A program made the position numbers and the translations under genes. Positions 27,978 to 38,219 of a DNA stretch of 64,000 nucleotides are shown here, one piece after another. Where the stretch lies: positions 25,174 to 89,173 of IMG/VR virus record IMGVR_UViG_3300021400_000621; one strand, written 5' to 3'. The stretch comes from a virus. Lineage: Duplodnaviria > Caudoviricetes. Within the stretch, counting starts at the first letter, position 1, and every line of letters starts with the position of its first letter. The notes beneath the pieces are model-generated. The model did no database searches and was not told where the DNA came from. It saw only the letters and a program-made list of their open reading frames with translations.

Positions 27978-30161
27978 TTAAATTTTTTGTAATGCTTTAC
28001 TTGCGGTTATACTCATCATAGAGTTCACATCCAAAGGAATAGAAATAGTTTGAATCATATAATCGCCATATATACCAGAAGCGGGGTCATTAACAGTAAT
28101 TCTTGTATTAGGCTCTAAATAATAAATAGGTAAAGCACTAATAGTAATACTATTATTCATATTAGTATATTGATATAGCATTTCACATACTCTTTGATAA
28201 GCTGAGTTCTGCCAGCCGCCCATAATCATCAAATCATAAATAGTTGGTGTTACTTGCGCCCAGGCTTGTCCCATTGAGTCACATTCTTCTCTTAATCTTT
28301 TCTGTTGTTCAGAATCTAATTCATTATCAATAAATACTATATCTGGAACTTCTTGTTCAAATACACAATTAATCCCATCCTCTGAAACAGCAATACTGCG
28401 TCTTCCAATATTCTGTACATTATACTTTCCAACTTCTGCATCACTGTCTATTATATCTAAATAAAAATCAATAGAACTAGGGTCTTCCGCAATAGCAGAA
28501 ACAAATTGTTGATTTTCCAAATCATAAATCTTAGGTAATTCTTCAATTAACTCAGTATAATAATAAGGAAAATCTGTTCCTGTTTGCCAAGCCTCTAATC
28601 CTTGATAATACAACTCTTCACGCCAATCTCTTGAATAAATAGTCTGTCCTACATCAACAGTAGTAGGAACATACTCACCAGAAGTATTATCCCAAGCATA
28701 ATATTGATTGTTATTTATATCATAATAAAATCTATCATCATGTCCTTCGCGTGGGAAACTCATAGCATTATCGAATACCATTACATAACTTCTTGCTCTA
28801 ACCACACCAAATTCATCAGTATATAAACTAATGCCTTTGTGTTCACCATAAACATAATCTGGATTTTCATCTGTTCCTATGTTTAATGTTTTTTGTGGTT
28901 TTTTATCAATAGCTAAATGGTATCTAATAGGAATCTGATTACCTAATGTATCAGTTCTCACTCCCCATACTACATAATCATTTTTAATATTACTATATAA
29001 AGGCGCATTACTAAAGCTATTAACTAACTTTGTTCCTTCAAAAGTATAAACAGACATACCACCCGAAAGGTCAATTGTATAATCTTGAATTGCATCTGCT
29101 TCTAATGTTTCTGCGGGAGTCTTACCGCCGTGATTAGCTTCATAAGATTGATATGAAGTGTAAGTTGTATTTAAATAATTCTTAATTTCTTGGAATCTAA
29201 ATCTACCATATACATCATAAAAGTATTCATAGTTACCTAATAACTGTACAATCTGATCTAGCACTCCAGTAACAGTTTGTCCAACATCACCAATCAACTC
29301 ACCTGGGTAAGTAAAATCAGTTAAGAAGAAACCTACATCTTGACCTGCTTCATAAGGTGTAATTGCGGCGGCGTCACCCCCGGCCGCATCTAACGCATCC
29401 GCATAGTCGATATAGTAACTGTGTGTAGTTTCTCCAGTGTCACTAGATAGCTTCACATAATATAATGGAGTATCTCCGCTCCATTGAACAACCTGTTTAA
29501 TTCTTTCATCAACATCAGAAATAATAATATTAGCCATAGCTTCTTCACCCCAGTGATTAACTACTTCCATAATAATTTGCTTAATCGTTGGGTTGTCTAT
29601 ATAATAAGTCCCATCTTCACCTTCTTGGTCTCTAGTATGGAACTCGACGGCGGAAGGAATTACTCCTCCCGCGTCGCCATTTAATAAACACATTTTATCT
29701 TTTAAAGTTAAACTAATATTAACTCCTGTTGTTGAGTGAGTAATGTTAGGGTCAAATATAACAAAGATTCCCATTGGAAACCAAATTATATTACCATACT
29801 CTTTTTTATAATCAATGGTATAATGAAATGTCTGGTCTTTTAAACCATGAATAGCATCATAAGTATAATTAGGAACAGTATTCTTTATACCAATTTCTAA
29901 TTTAATTTTTCTATTAATTGACAATAAATCATCAATTTCTGTTAAGTCATTTACTAATTCTTCAGCAAAGACTGTCAAATTTGCGGTTCTTCTTAAACTT
30001 GAATTGCCATCAAGATTCAAAGTACCGCTAATTACTTTTCCTTGTATCTCTTGAACTGGGTCTTCTTTCCAAGATAAAACAGTTATTCTCACAAACTGCT
30101 CTTTGACTCTTAAATTATCAAGCTGATTCAGAAAAAGTTTATCTTGTAAGAACTCATACAT
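27978..30161 (-). CDS. Putative baseplate-hub-like tail protein (start moved to ATG 30161)
   Basis: AAAGGA RBS before MYEFLQDK; long ORF in the tail block. Function is inferred from position only. Confidence 0.6.
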   Translation of the reverse strand: MYEFLQDKLFLNQLDNLRVKEQFVRITVLSWKEDPVQEIQGKVISGTLNLDGNSSLRRTANLTVFAEELVNDLTEIDDLLSINRKIKLEIGIKNTVPNYTYDAIHGLKDQTFHYTIDYKKEYGNIIWFPMGIFVIFDPNITHSTTGVNISLTLKDKMCLLNGDAGGVIPSAVEFHTRDQEGEDGTYYIDNPTIKQIIMEVVNHWGEEAMANIIISDVDERIKQVVQWSGDTPLYYVKLSSDTGETTHSYYIDYADALDAAGGDAAAITPYEAGQDVGFFLTDFTYPGELIGDVGQTVTGVLDQIVQLLGNYEYFYDVYGRFRFQEIKNYLNTTYTSYQSYEANHGGKTPAETLEADAIQDYTIDLSGGMSVYTFEGTKLVNSFSNAPLYSNIKNDYVVWGVRTDTLGNQIPIRYHLAIDKKPQKTLNIGTDENPDYVYGEHKGISLYTDEFGVVRARSYVMVFDNAMSFPREGHDDRFYYDINNNQYYAWDNTSGEYVPTTVDVGQTIYSRDWREELYYQGLEAWQTGTDFPYYYTELIEELPKIYDLENQQFVSAIAEDPSSIDFYLDIIDSDAEVGKYNVQNIGRRSIAVSEDGINCVFEQEVPDIVFIDNELDSEQQKRLREECDSMGQAWAQVTPTIYDLMIMGGWQNSAYQRVCEMLYQYTNMNNSITISALPIYYLEPNTRITVNDPASGIYGDYMIQTISIPLDVNSMMSITASKALQKI

Positions 30162-30163
30162 TT

Positions 30164-33016
30164 TTAATAAATTCCTTTCACAGCTTGTAAGAAGTAAAAT
30201 ATCATAGCATCTACAGGACAACTAATATCAAATAAAGTATTTACACCTTCAACTTGAATAATATCAACTGGATACCATTTACCATTATAATACATTTTTG
30301 CACCATCTGCAGAAGTATAATAGTCGTATTGGCGCGGAACCTCAGGCGCTGCTGCACCTTTATTGTGACTTAAATTCCATTCTTCCAAAGTAGGATTACT
30401 AGCTTGATTTAAAGCCTCTGGAACACTTCTTGTATTATACTTATTAATTAAATATCTAGCATCTACTCTTGTACCTGCAACATACATTTCTTCAATTGTA
30501 TATTCTTCAGAACCTGGATCTAATAACAATCTACCTGTTTCACCTATAATGAATGTAGTTAAATTAGTTCCACTTTCACTAGAATCTACTCCAGAGCTTC
30601 TTGCCTTTAAAATAGTTCCCGGTTCAGCCTCTACATCTAGATTAATAACTGTAATAATCTGAGTATAATAAGTATCATTACTAGTACCACTAGCTTCTTC
30701 ATCATAATAATCTACATAATATTTATACCATAATGTTTTAACAACATCTTCAGTAGGTTCAAATGTATTTATATATTGACCATTAATTTTAGTATAAATT
30801 TTCTTATAAGCAGTATGCGTACTATCTTTTTGAGAAGAAGTGGTAATTACCATATCAATTGCCATTTCTGTATCTGCTAATGGAATAATAGGAGTGTTCT
30901 CAGTTAAGAAAACTCCATCACCCTTTAACTCATAAATATTATTAGGAGGTTCTATAATAATATTAGCCGTGCCAATTTTAAATCCCCATCCTAATACAAT
31001 ATCATCTATATCATCTTCAGTAGTGATTTGTTCTCTTGAATTTTCATCATCAATATCATCTACTGTTGTCATTGTTCTACTATGAATTAAATATGGGTCA
31101 GATTCCATTTCTAATCTTAAATAATTTAATGTATATCCAACTACTTTATTTTCATCAATAATCTTATTAAAGTTATAAGCATCTTTAATGAAATTATTAA
31201 TATCTGTATTAGCTGGATATGTTGTAGGTTCACCACCTAATCTTGCAATCCGAGGGTCTGCTTCAAGAGTAATATTAGGATTGTAAGTTCCTACGGTAAT
31301 AAGACCATATTTATTTAAATTTGGAATAGTAGGTTCATCTACTTCAACAAGAGTGGCAGAAAAGTCATAAATTAATCTTCCTAATTCTTGTTTCGGTGTT
31401 AAAGTAACATTCATTACTTTAACAAGAATATTGCCTTCTTGTAATGATTTAAATAATTTAACTTTACCATTATATAAAAATTCTTCTACAGCTTTTCTAA
31501 ACTCACGTTCATAGGTATAATCATAGTCATTAACAAATACTTCTATTTGGTCACGAATTGTTTGATACCTATCTTGATTGTGGTCATATAAATCTGTATC
31601 AGAAATAAATAATCTAGCATTTGCATCCATATATGCAGTAATTAGTCCAGTACACTGTAATTCTCTATAATACATATTTCCATTTCGTCTAACAAAAGGA
31701 AATTGAGAACCAATTGTATCTGTTTTAGATTCTGCTATAGTGCGTACAAAATTAGATATTTTAAAATCATAGCGTAATTTTAATTGTTTAGCATTTGATA
31801 GAGACTCGCTTGCTTCTACCAAAAACGCATCTTCAAACTCTCCCATAACCGCAGGAGTAGTAATAATTAATCCTCTACGGCCATAGGCATCTTTAGTCTG
31901 GATACCATATTGATACCAAACACCTGATTCAATAGTAAAATCACAATAAGTCCAATCTATAGCTTGTAATTTAATAGTTTCATGTGCTATATCTTCCCAT
32001 ACTGTAAAATTACTTCTAGAAGAAGATCTACGAAGAACTAGATTACCAGTAAATGTATTTTCTAATCCTTTGATTTTAATTTCGGCATAACCTTCTTCTT
32101 CTATTACTTCTGCTTCTATTGTCGCGGCAAGTCTATCATCACTATTAATAGTTACATTAAATGGAACAATTTTTGTTTCTTGATAATTATTCTTTGTAAG
32201 TATTGAAATAGCAAGATTATAATTATTTTCATTACTCATCTGATATGGAAGAATAACTTCAAATTGTATTGAACCATTATCTTCAAGAATAACATTATTA
32301 TAGCTATCAAATGTAGTCCATTCAGAATCAGATAAAACTTGCGATTGGTCTGCATTTAATAGTTGTACTCGCCATTGAGAAAGTGTTTCTTCTTTAGACC
32401 CTGGCGTATATGAAATAATAAAATCAGAATCTACTGAAGCTACAATTAATTCAACTTCCTCATCATCAAAAGCAGATGAAGTATTTTCCAATCCAACCAC
32501 ATAAAATTCTGGTCTTAATACTCCCCTAATGCAACAAACAGTTGACCACTCTGAAAAGTAATTTAAATGACTAGAAAAATATGATAATTTTTGTGGATTT
32601 GTAACTGTATCTGTACTTAATCTAATTTGTACTTTATATGTAACATCTGGAATAAATCCAGGCTTTGATTGAGTCGTTGCTTTTTCTAAATCAGAATCAC
32701 TTAACTCAATATAAAATCTTGCGGCAGTAGCTGCTATAACTGGATCTTCTTCAGGTGTTACTGAATTTACTGCACATATTTTGATTTGAGCAGGATATTT
32801 TTCAGTACTTAAAGCATTTGCATTGTTCTGTTGATAACGAACTGTTACATGTGCTGTATTAAAGTCTGACCTTCTGTTATATGACGAGAGAGCAAAATAT
32901 ACTCTTACAGTATTATCAGAAGATTGCCCAGTTACTGCACTAGTTCCCTGCTCATCCACCGCAAAAGCTGGCATAGAGTAAGCCACAATAGGTGGATATA
33001 AATTAGAACTCGCCAT
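30164..33016 (-). CDS. Large tail-region structural protein
   Basis: 950 aa, AAGGAGG RBS. Confidence 0.65.
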   Translation of the reverse strand: MASSNLYPPIVAYSMPAFAVDEQGTSAVTGQSSDNTVRVYFALSSYNRRSDFNTAHVTVRYQQNNANALSTEKYPAQIKICAVNSVTPEEDPVIAATAARFYIELSDSDLEKATTQSKPGFIPDVTYKVQIRLSTDTVTNPQKLSYFSSHLNYFSEWSTVCCIRGVLRPEFYVVGLENTSSAFDDEEVELIVASVDSDFIISYTPGSKEETLSQWRVQLLNADQSQVLSDSEWTTFDSYNNVILEDNGSIQFEVILPYQMSNENNYNLAISILTKNNYQETKIVPFNVTINSDDRLAATIEAEVIEEEGYAEIKIKGLENTFTGNLVLRRSSSRSNFTVWEDIAHETIKLQAIDWTYCDFTIESGVWYQYGIQTKDAYGRRGLIITTPAVMGEFEDAFLVEASESLSNAKQLKLRYDFKISNFVRTIAESKTDTIGSQFPFVRRNGNMYYRELQCTGLITAYMDANARLFISDTDLYDHNQDRYQTIRDQIEVFVNDYDYTYEREFRKAVEEFLYNGKVKLFKSLQEGNILVKVMNVTLTPKQELGRLIYDFSATLVEVDEPTIPNLNKYGLITVGTYNPNITLEADPRIARLGGEPTTYPANTDINNFIKDAYNFNKIIDENKVVGYTLNYLRLEMESDPYLIHSRTMTTVDDIDDENSREQITTEDDIDDIVLGWGFKIGTANIIIEPPNNIYELKGDGVFLTENTPIIPLADTEMAIDMVITTSSQKDSTHTAYKKIYTKINGQYINTFEPTEDVVKTLWYKYYVDYYDEEASGTSNDTYYTQIITVINLDVEAEPGTILKARSSGVDSSESGTNLTTFIIGETGRLLLDPGSEEYTIEEMYVAGTRVDARYLINKYNTRSVPEALNQASNPTLEEWNLSHNKGAAAPEVPRQYDYYTSADGAKMYYNGKWYPVDIIQVEGVNTLFDISCPVDAMIFYFLQAVKGIY

Positions 33017-33040
33017 ACTTTGCTTCCTCCTTGTATCACT

Positions 33041-33107
33041 GCGGCGGCCCAGTTAAAAACATCTTTTTAATCTAGATATTACTGGATGTTTTTAACGGGA
33101 CCGCCGC
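33041..33107. repeat. 67-bp GC-capped inverted-repeat element
   Basis: GCGGCGGCCCAGTTAAAAACATC ... GATGTTTTTAACGGGACCGCCGC forms a near-perfect 23-bp stem around a TCTAGA-containing loop. Confidence 0.8.
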
Positions 33108-33113
33108 GTTTTA

Positions 33114-33596
33114 TTATTTATCTTTTCTAATTATTCGATCTTCATACTTTCTAGGCAATGCCCGTAAAGCCTTCATTAACTCACCAACGAATGTATTTCC
33201 CCTATAAGCCACATAATGAGCATATCGCTTTTCAAGACAATCCATACTATAGTCATCAATCCAACCTACTTGTTCAACAAAGTAGTGATATTCTCTAGTA
33301 ATAAATGCTTTTATATCGTCTTTATCGGATTCAGTAAGTGTATCCACTTGAGAACTTAGTTTAACTAAAGATACTTTAATACCACTTATATCTTCAGCTA
33401 TTGAATTAACGCTGTCTTTTAATTCTTGTATATCACTAAGTTCCTTTTCTTTATCCTGGCGTTTTTTATACGCTTCATTAGCGAATGATTGCATCCATGT
33501 TTTATAGTCCATAACTGCTTTAAAAGCAAGGAATATCATAATAATACATAGGATTATAGTCATTGGGGAAAATGTTGTTAATAATTGTGTCAACAT
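33114..33596 (-). CDS. Membrane-anchored coiled-coil protein of a common Firmicute phage family
   Basis: N-terminal hydrophobic helix, coiled coil, C-terminal ...LEKRYAHY...GN motif. Confidence 0.65.
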   Translation of the reverse strand: MLTQLLTTFSPMTIILCIIMIFLAFKAVMDYKTWMQSFANEAYKKRQDKEKELSDIQELKDSVNSIAEDISGIKVSLVKLSSQVDTLTESDKDDIKAFITREYHYFVEQVGWIDDYSMDCLEKRYAHYVAYRGNTFVGELMKALRALPRKYEDRIIRKDK

Positions 33597-33698
33597 TTAC
33601 CGAACCCCTCTTTCGTATTCAGAATTATCATTATCATTTATATTTAAAAAGTGAGCGGGTAAATGAATATATTTTGCCCAAAAAGAAAAAGGAGGATT

Positions 33699-33935
33699 TT
33701 ACTCCTCCTCTTGTGTTTTTTCTTCTGTTGTTTCTTCTGCACTTAAACCCTGCTCCAATTTTTGCTGTAATTCTAATTGTATTGAAGCTTGATAGGCCGC
33801 ATCTACTTCACTCATTATATCTTTTAACATAAAATATACTATGCCGACAGGTAATTCAGCCTCGGTAATAGTATTTAAAATGTTTTGATATGTACTATTA
33901 ATTTTTAAATTTATATTCATATAAGCCTCTTTCAA
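33699..33935 (-). CDS. Small hypothetical protein
   Basis: 78 aa between long tail genes; GGAGGA/TCCTCC hairpin with U-run at its end. Confidence 0.65.
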   Translation of the reverse strand: MKEAYMNINLKINSTYQNILNTITEAELPVGIVYFMLKDIMSEVDAAYQASIQLELQQKLEQGLSAEETTEEKTQEEE

Positions 33936-33938
33936 TGA

Positions 33939-36900
33939 TTACCAATGTCCAGTCTGACACAATACATTATTAGTACGGAATTTTGTACTTGTTATAGGAT
34001 AGAAATCTTTAGTATATAAACGCACATGAGTAACATACTTAATTGTATGTGAATTACCATCATGATCCTTCCAAGTCTCTGTGCTTGTATCATAATCAAC
34101 GTCATAAGCATAAGACTCTTTACCATGTGACATAGAAATTTGAGCTTCTGATACATTCCTCCAATCTCCATTAGAATTACCAGAAGCTAAATATCCTGCT
34201 CCATGTCTACTTCCAGCTCCAGATGTTAATTTACCACTACTAGAACCAGTATGCGATCCATGACTAGTACCACCAGATGTTAAATATCCATCACCAAATT
34301 TAATTTGACCGTTACCACTTGCACTTAAAGTAAAATTACCATGTGATAAAGAATTACTTCCAATTTTCCATCCACCAATTGTACCGCCACCTGTTGCATT
34401 TAAAGTATTGACTGTAATAGTACCAGTAATAGTTGCTCCTGACGCAGAAACTTGACCTCTGTTATTAACAGTAAAAGCACCACCAGTACCACCTACTCTA
34501 TTTCCTATCGAAATAATAGTTTTATCTTGAGCAGCTGTATTTCCATTAGTAATAACTACATCTGAGAAAGTTGCTACACCATTATTAGCAATGCTCCAAT
34601 GTGGTCCAGATAAACTACCATTGCTATTTAAAGTAATAGTATTACCACCACTAGTTGCAGTTAATGATGTTGGATTAATTTTCCAACCTCCAATATTTCC
34701 TCCTGTAGTTGCAGTTAAATAAGTAGCTGTAATATTTCCTGTGATATTAGCATTGGTAGCAGTTAAATTACCATCTTTATCCACCTTAAATCTACCAGAA
34801 GTAAAACTGATACCTGGATTAGAACCTAAAGTGATAGTCATACCAGAACCTTGAATAGAACCAGTTCCATTTGCTTCAATTTTAACCTGATTAACACCTG
34901 CTTTACCAAAAGTGGCATTACCTGTATTTGCATCTAAAAATATAGTTCTTTGTCCAGATTTATAACCAAATAATCCAGTATTTTGACTACCGCCTTCCAT
35001 AGAAGTACCGGTAACAATACCAGTAAAACTACCATCACTTTCTTTCTTACCGGCGCCCATCTGAGGGGCAAGTACATAGTTAGTACCATTAGAATTTAAC
35101 TTTAATGATACACCATCCCAACCATTCATTGCAGCAAGGCCATATCTATTTAAATAAAATTCAATAGGTATAACAGCAACAGGCGTGCCATCAACAGAAC
35201 AAGTAATATAATTATTAACATTTGTTCCAATATAATAGCTTGGAGGTTCAATAATAATATTATTATATCCAGATAGTGTACTAATTGCTTCTGCTTTTGG
35301 TTCTCTGGTGTCTATATCAATAGCATCAGTATAAATACGGCCACCCCAAGTATTCATCCATGTAATTGTACTTGGATCAACTTCATCACCATTAACTTTT
35401 GTTAAAACAAATGGTTTCTGAGTAAAAGCACTTCTTGTACCATCTGATTCATAATTACAACTTCTATATCCACCATTTATATTATACTGTAAATTTTGTA
35501 ATAAGTCAAGTGGATAAATTGCATAAAATGGTTGGCTTGAAATACTTGTATCATTTACAGTTACTTTTAATGTATGGTTTTGAGTAACAGGTCTATTAAC
35601 AGTAAAACTAATAGTATCAGTTGTATTGTTAACTGTCATATACTGACTGATATTTCTACCATCTAATTCAGTAGACCAAGTTAAATGACTATCATTCGGT
35701 TGATATTCTTTTAATGGATTTACTCCACCATCCCAAATCTGAACTTTAAATGGCATATTATCTGTTTTTTCATAAGTGCCATTTGCAGTTAATCCATACA
35801 AACCATTAGGGTGTCCAATTACTATTTTACTATATGTACTAGACTTAGGTGTAATACGTGTAGTATATTTAGTACCATTAGTACCTAACTCACCTTCTTT
35901 AGTAAAAGTAAAGTTAGTAGTTGCTATTAAGTGTTGACCTTGATAATCAACTTCAAGAATTATATTATTATTTGTTTTTTCTATATCGTATGTATTTTGT
36001 ATGTTATAAGAAAGCTGTGCTTGATCTACAACTGCCCATCTTTCAACAAATGAACCATCGGAAGGACTTTCCAAAGAATCTCTTACAAAAGTATAAATCG
36101 GAGTAATTTGTTCATCTGTAGTTATAGTCGCTGGCAGCAGCATAGAATCAAACCCCTCTGTTTGAGTATTTGGATTCTCTTCACTATTACTAGGCCAAAT
36201 CCATTTAATCTCTGCTTTACGAGTCTTTTCTTGTCCCTCGCCAAGATTAACTAATTGACCTTTATCATTGTATATATCAAAAGATAAAGCTAAAGTAGAT
36301 AAGTCAATTCTATCTAATTCATCAACAGAAGGAGAAGCAGGACTTACTCCATCTGCATTATATTTAAATACTTGTGTTCCATTATTCAGAACTAATCTAA
36401 ATTGTCCTGATGGCTCACCATTATTTAATGTTACTGCGGCAGTACCTACCAGATTATCATCCTGGTCATACACCGAGCATGAATAAGTAACAAAATAATG
36501 AGCCTCACTAATATTTATGTCTTTTCTAAATCTTGTGGTATCTTCTGGTTGATATAGCTCTTCAGAGCCTCCATCAATAGCTCTAGTCCAATGGTATGAA
36601 TAACTATCTAATTCTTCTTGGGTTGCTCCATTAATGCGACAAGTTAAATCTGTTTTACCTTCATTAAAAGTAAAATCATTACCCATTGAAGAATAAATCC
36701 ATACATTGTTAACATCTTCTTTAGTTAGATTTAAAACAGATGTAATTACAGATAATGCAGTTGTTTCATTATCTTGTTTAAATAATGCAACACATTTGTA
36801 AAAGTTCTCATAGGCTGGGCAGTCACTAGCATTGATTGTCTTAATATAAGTATCTGCGGCAAAGCCAATCCCATTAGTTCCTGCTCCGGTAACTGGGTTA

Positions 36901-38123
36901 TTGAGACACCTCCAACCAACGCCGCCATATTGTTGATAATAAGGACTTTTACTATCAACTCTTGCATCTTTTGCAAACCAATAAAAACTTACTTTCTGTT
37001 CACCATAATTAACCTTTTTTCCTTTAACTCTTAAATCAGCATAAAGTTGTAAAGATTCTGGTTTAACTAATCCACCATTAGTATAGAAGAATCCACCTAA
37101 TGGAGTTGTTATTCTTAAAGCTAATCCTTGTAATTCTTCTTCGCTAAGAGCATCAAGAAATTCGCATCTAATATTGGATATAATAATATCGGTAATGTTT
37201 GCATAGTATAATTCTCCAGAACTATTTTTTCTATATTGATACCACTCTTTTGTTATCTTATCATAAATACATTCATTGACATTAAAGGAAATGATGTTGC
37301 CTTCATCATCTTCAAAATGTTCATCTATATAATTATACTGTGAGTTACCTGTTTTTTGATTAGGGAAATCTTCACAGAATACACTCACACTATCTATACT
37401 CGCTAAATGTTCAGAATCTATATCAAAAATAGCATATTGGTCACTTCCTGCTACATAATTATAGGGTTGACCAGTCATTCTATCTATATTTAAAGTATAT
37501 TCTCTAAATACATAGGCTCCTGCGGCTGCAGCATCTTCATTGGACTTATAACTAGGATCATAGTATCTTGCAACTACTTTCACGCCATAGTTACCGCCAC
37601 CTATTTTCTGAGCTGAATCTAAACTAGTTTTTAATGTAGCACCAACTAATAAATATTCAGTATCTTCTTTATAAGTCGTAATTGCTAAGTCATCAACAGC
37701 AACAATACCTTCAGCTAAGAGGTCTCTTTGATTTGTTGCAGCGTTATTAGATTTGTAACTCGCAAAACCGATAGAATTACTTTGTGTTAATACATTGGTA
37801 CCAACCAAAGACATTCTATCTTCTGGATTTAATACTGTCTGTGTAGAACTAGCATTTTTAGTTACCGGACCTAGAATATAAGGATCTTTTTCAAAATCGC
37901 TTGAAGGAATAACTACATATACTTTAGTATTCTTCGCATAACCTTTTAAATTTAAATCATACGCATAAAATGTACTATTTTGATATTTTACTTTATATTT
38001 GCCAATAGATTCATCAACTTTGTCAACAATAGTCGCTCTAACTGTTTTGTCAAATTTGACAGAGGATACTTTGTCCGCAGCTAAAATATCTATACTGTCT
38101 AATAAATCTTTAGCTATACTCAT
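33939..38123 (-). CDS. Long minor tail / tail-tip protein
   Basis: 1394 aa directly downstream of the tape measure; Gly-rich C-terminus with repeated GG.IGGW.I...SL motifs. Confidence 0.7.
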   Translation of the reverse strand: MSIAKDLLDSIDILAADKVSSVKFDKTVRATIVDKVDESIGKYKVKYQNSTFYAYDLNLKGYAKNTKVYVVIPSSDFEKDPYILGPVTKNASSTQTVLNPEDRMSLVGTNVLTQSNSIGFASYKSNNAATNQRDLLAEGIVAVDDLAITTYKEDTEYLLVGATLKTSLDSAQKIGGGNYGVKVVARYYDPSYKSNEDAAAAGAYVFREYTLNIDRMTGQPYNYVAGSDQYAIFDIDSEHLASIDSVSVFCEDFPNQKTGNSQYNYIDEHFEDDEGNIISFNVNECIYDKITKEWYQYRKNSSGELYYANITDIIISNIRCEFLDALSEEELQGLALRITTPLGGFFYTNGGLVKPESLQLYADLRVKGKKVNYGEQKVSFYWFAKDARVDSKSPYYQQYGGVGWRCLNNPVTGAGTNGIGFAADTYIKTINASDCPAYENFYKCVALFKQDNETTALSVITSVLNLTKEDVNNVWIYSSMGNDFTFNEGKTDLTCRINGATQEELDSYSYHWTRAIDGGSEELYQPEDTTRFRKDINISEAHYFVTYSCSVYDQDDNLVGTAAVTLNNGEPSGQFRLVLNNGTQVFKYNADGVSPASPSVDELDRIDLSTLALSFDIYNDKGQLVNLGEGQEKTRKAEIKWIWPSNSEENPNTQTEGFDSMLLPATITTDEQITPIYTFVRDSLESPSDGSFVERWAVVDQAQLSYNIQNTYDIEKTNNNIILEVDYQGQHLIATTNFTFTKEGELGTNGTKYTTRITPKSSTYSKIVIGHPNGLYGLTANGTYEKTDNMPFKVQIWDGGVNPLKEYQPNDSHLTWSTELDGRNISQYMTVNNTTDTISFTVNRPVTQNHTLKVTVNDTSISSQPFYAIYPLDLLQNLQYNINGGYRSCNYESDGTRSAFTQKPFVLTKVNGDEVDPSTITWMNTWGGRIYTDAIDIDTREPKAEAISTLSGYNNIIIEPPSYYIGTNVNNYITCSVDGTPVAVIPIEFYLNRYGLAAMNGWDGVSLKLNSNGTNYVLAPQMGAGKKESDGSFTGIVTGTSMEGGSQNTGLFGYKSGQRTIFLDANTGNATFGKAGVNQVKIEANGTGSIQGSGMTITLGSNPGISFTSGRFKVDKDGNLTATNANITGNITATYLTATTGGNIGGWKINPTSLTATSGGNTITLNSNGSLSGPHWSIANNGVATFSDVVITNGNTAAQDKTIISIGNRVGGTGGAFTVNNRGQVSASGATITGTITVNTLNATGGGTIGGWKIGSNSLSHGNFTLSASGNGQIKFGDGYLTSGGTSHGSHTGSSSGKLTSGAGSRHGAGYLASGNSNGDWRNVSEAQISMSHGKESYAYDVDYDTSTETWKDHDGNSHTIKYVTHVRLYTKDFYPITSTKFRTNNVLCQTGHW

Positions 38124-38219
38124 CCTTGTATCTCCTTTCGCGGCGGGGTCGCCGCAATCTTCTTTTATCTAGGTACGACGGAGCCCGGAGGCCCCGCCGC
38201 ATTTTCCTTTATATATAAA

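Noticed and set aside
33111-33120. Extra copy of the core TTATTATTTA
   Set aside because: It spans the stop codons of gene 33114-33596 in a different frame, with no cassette and no arm similarity. About 2 chance copies are expected per window.
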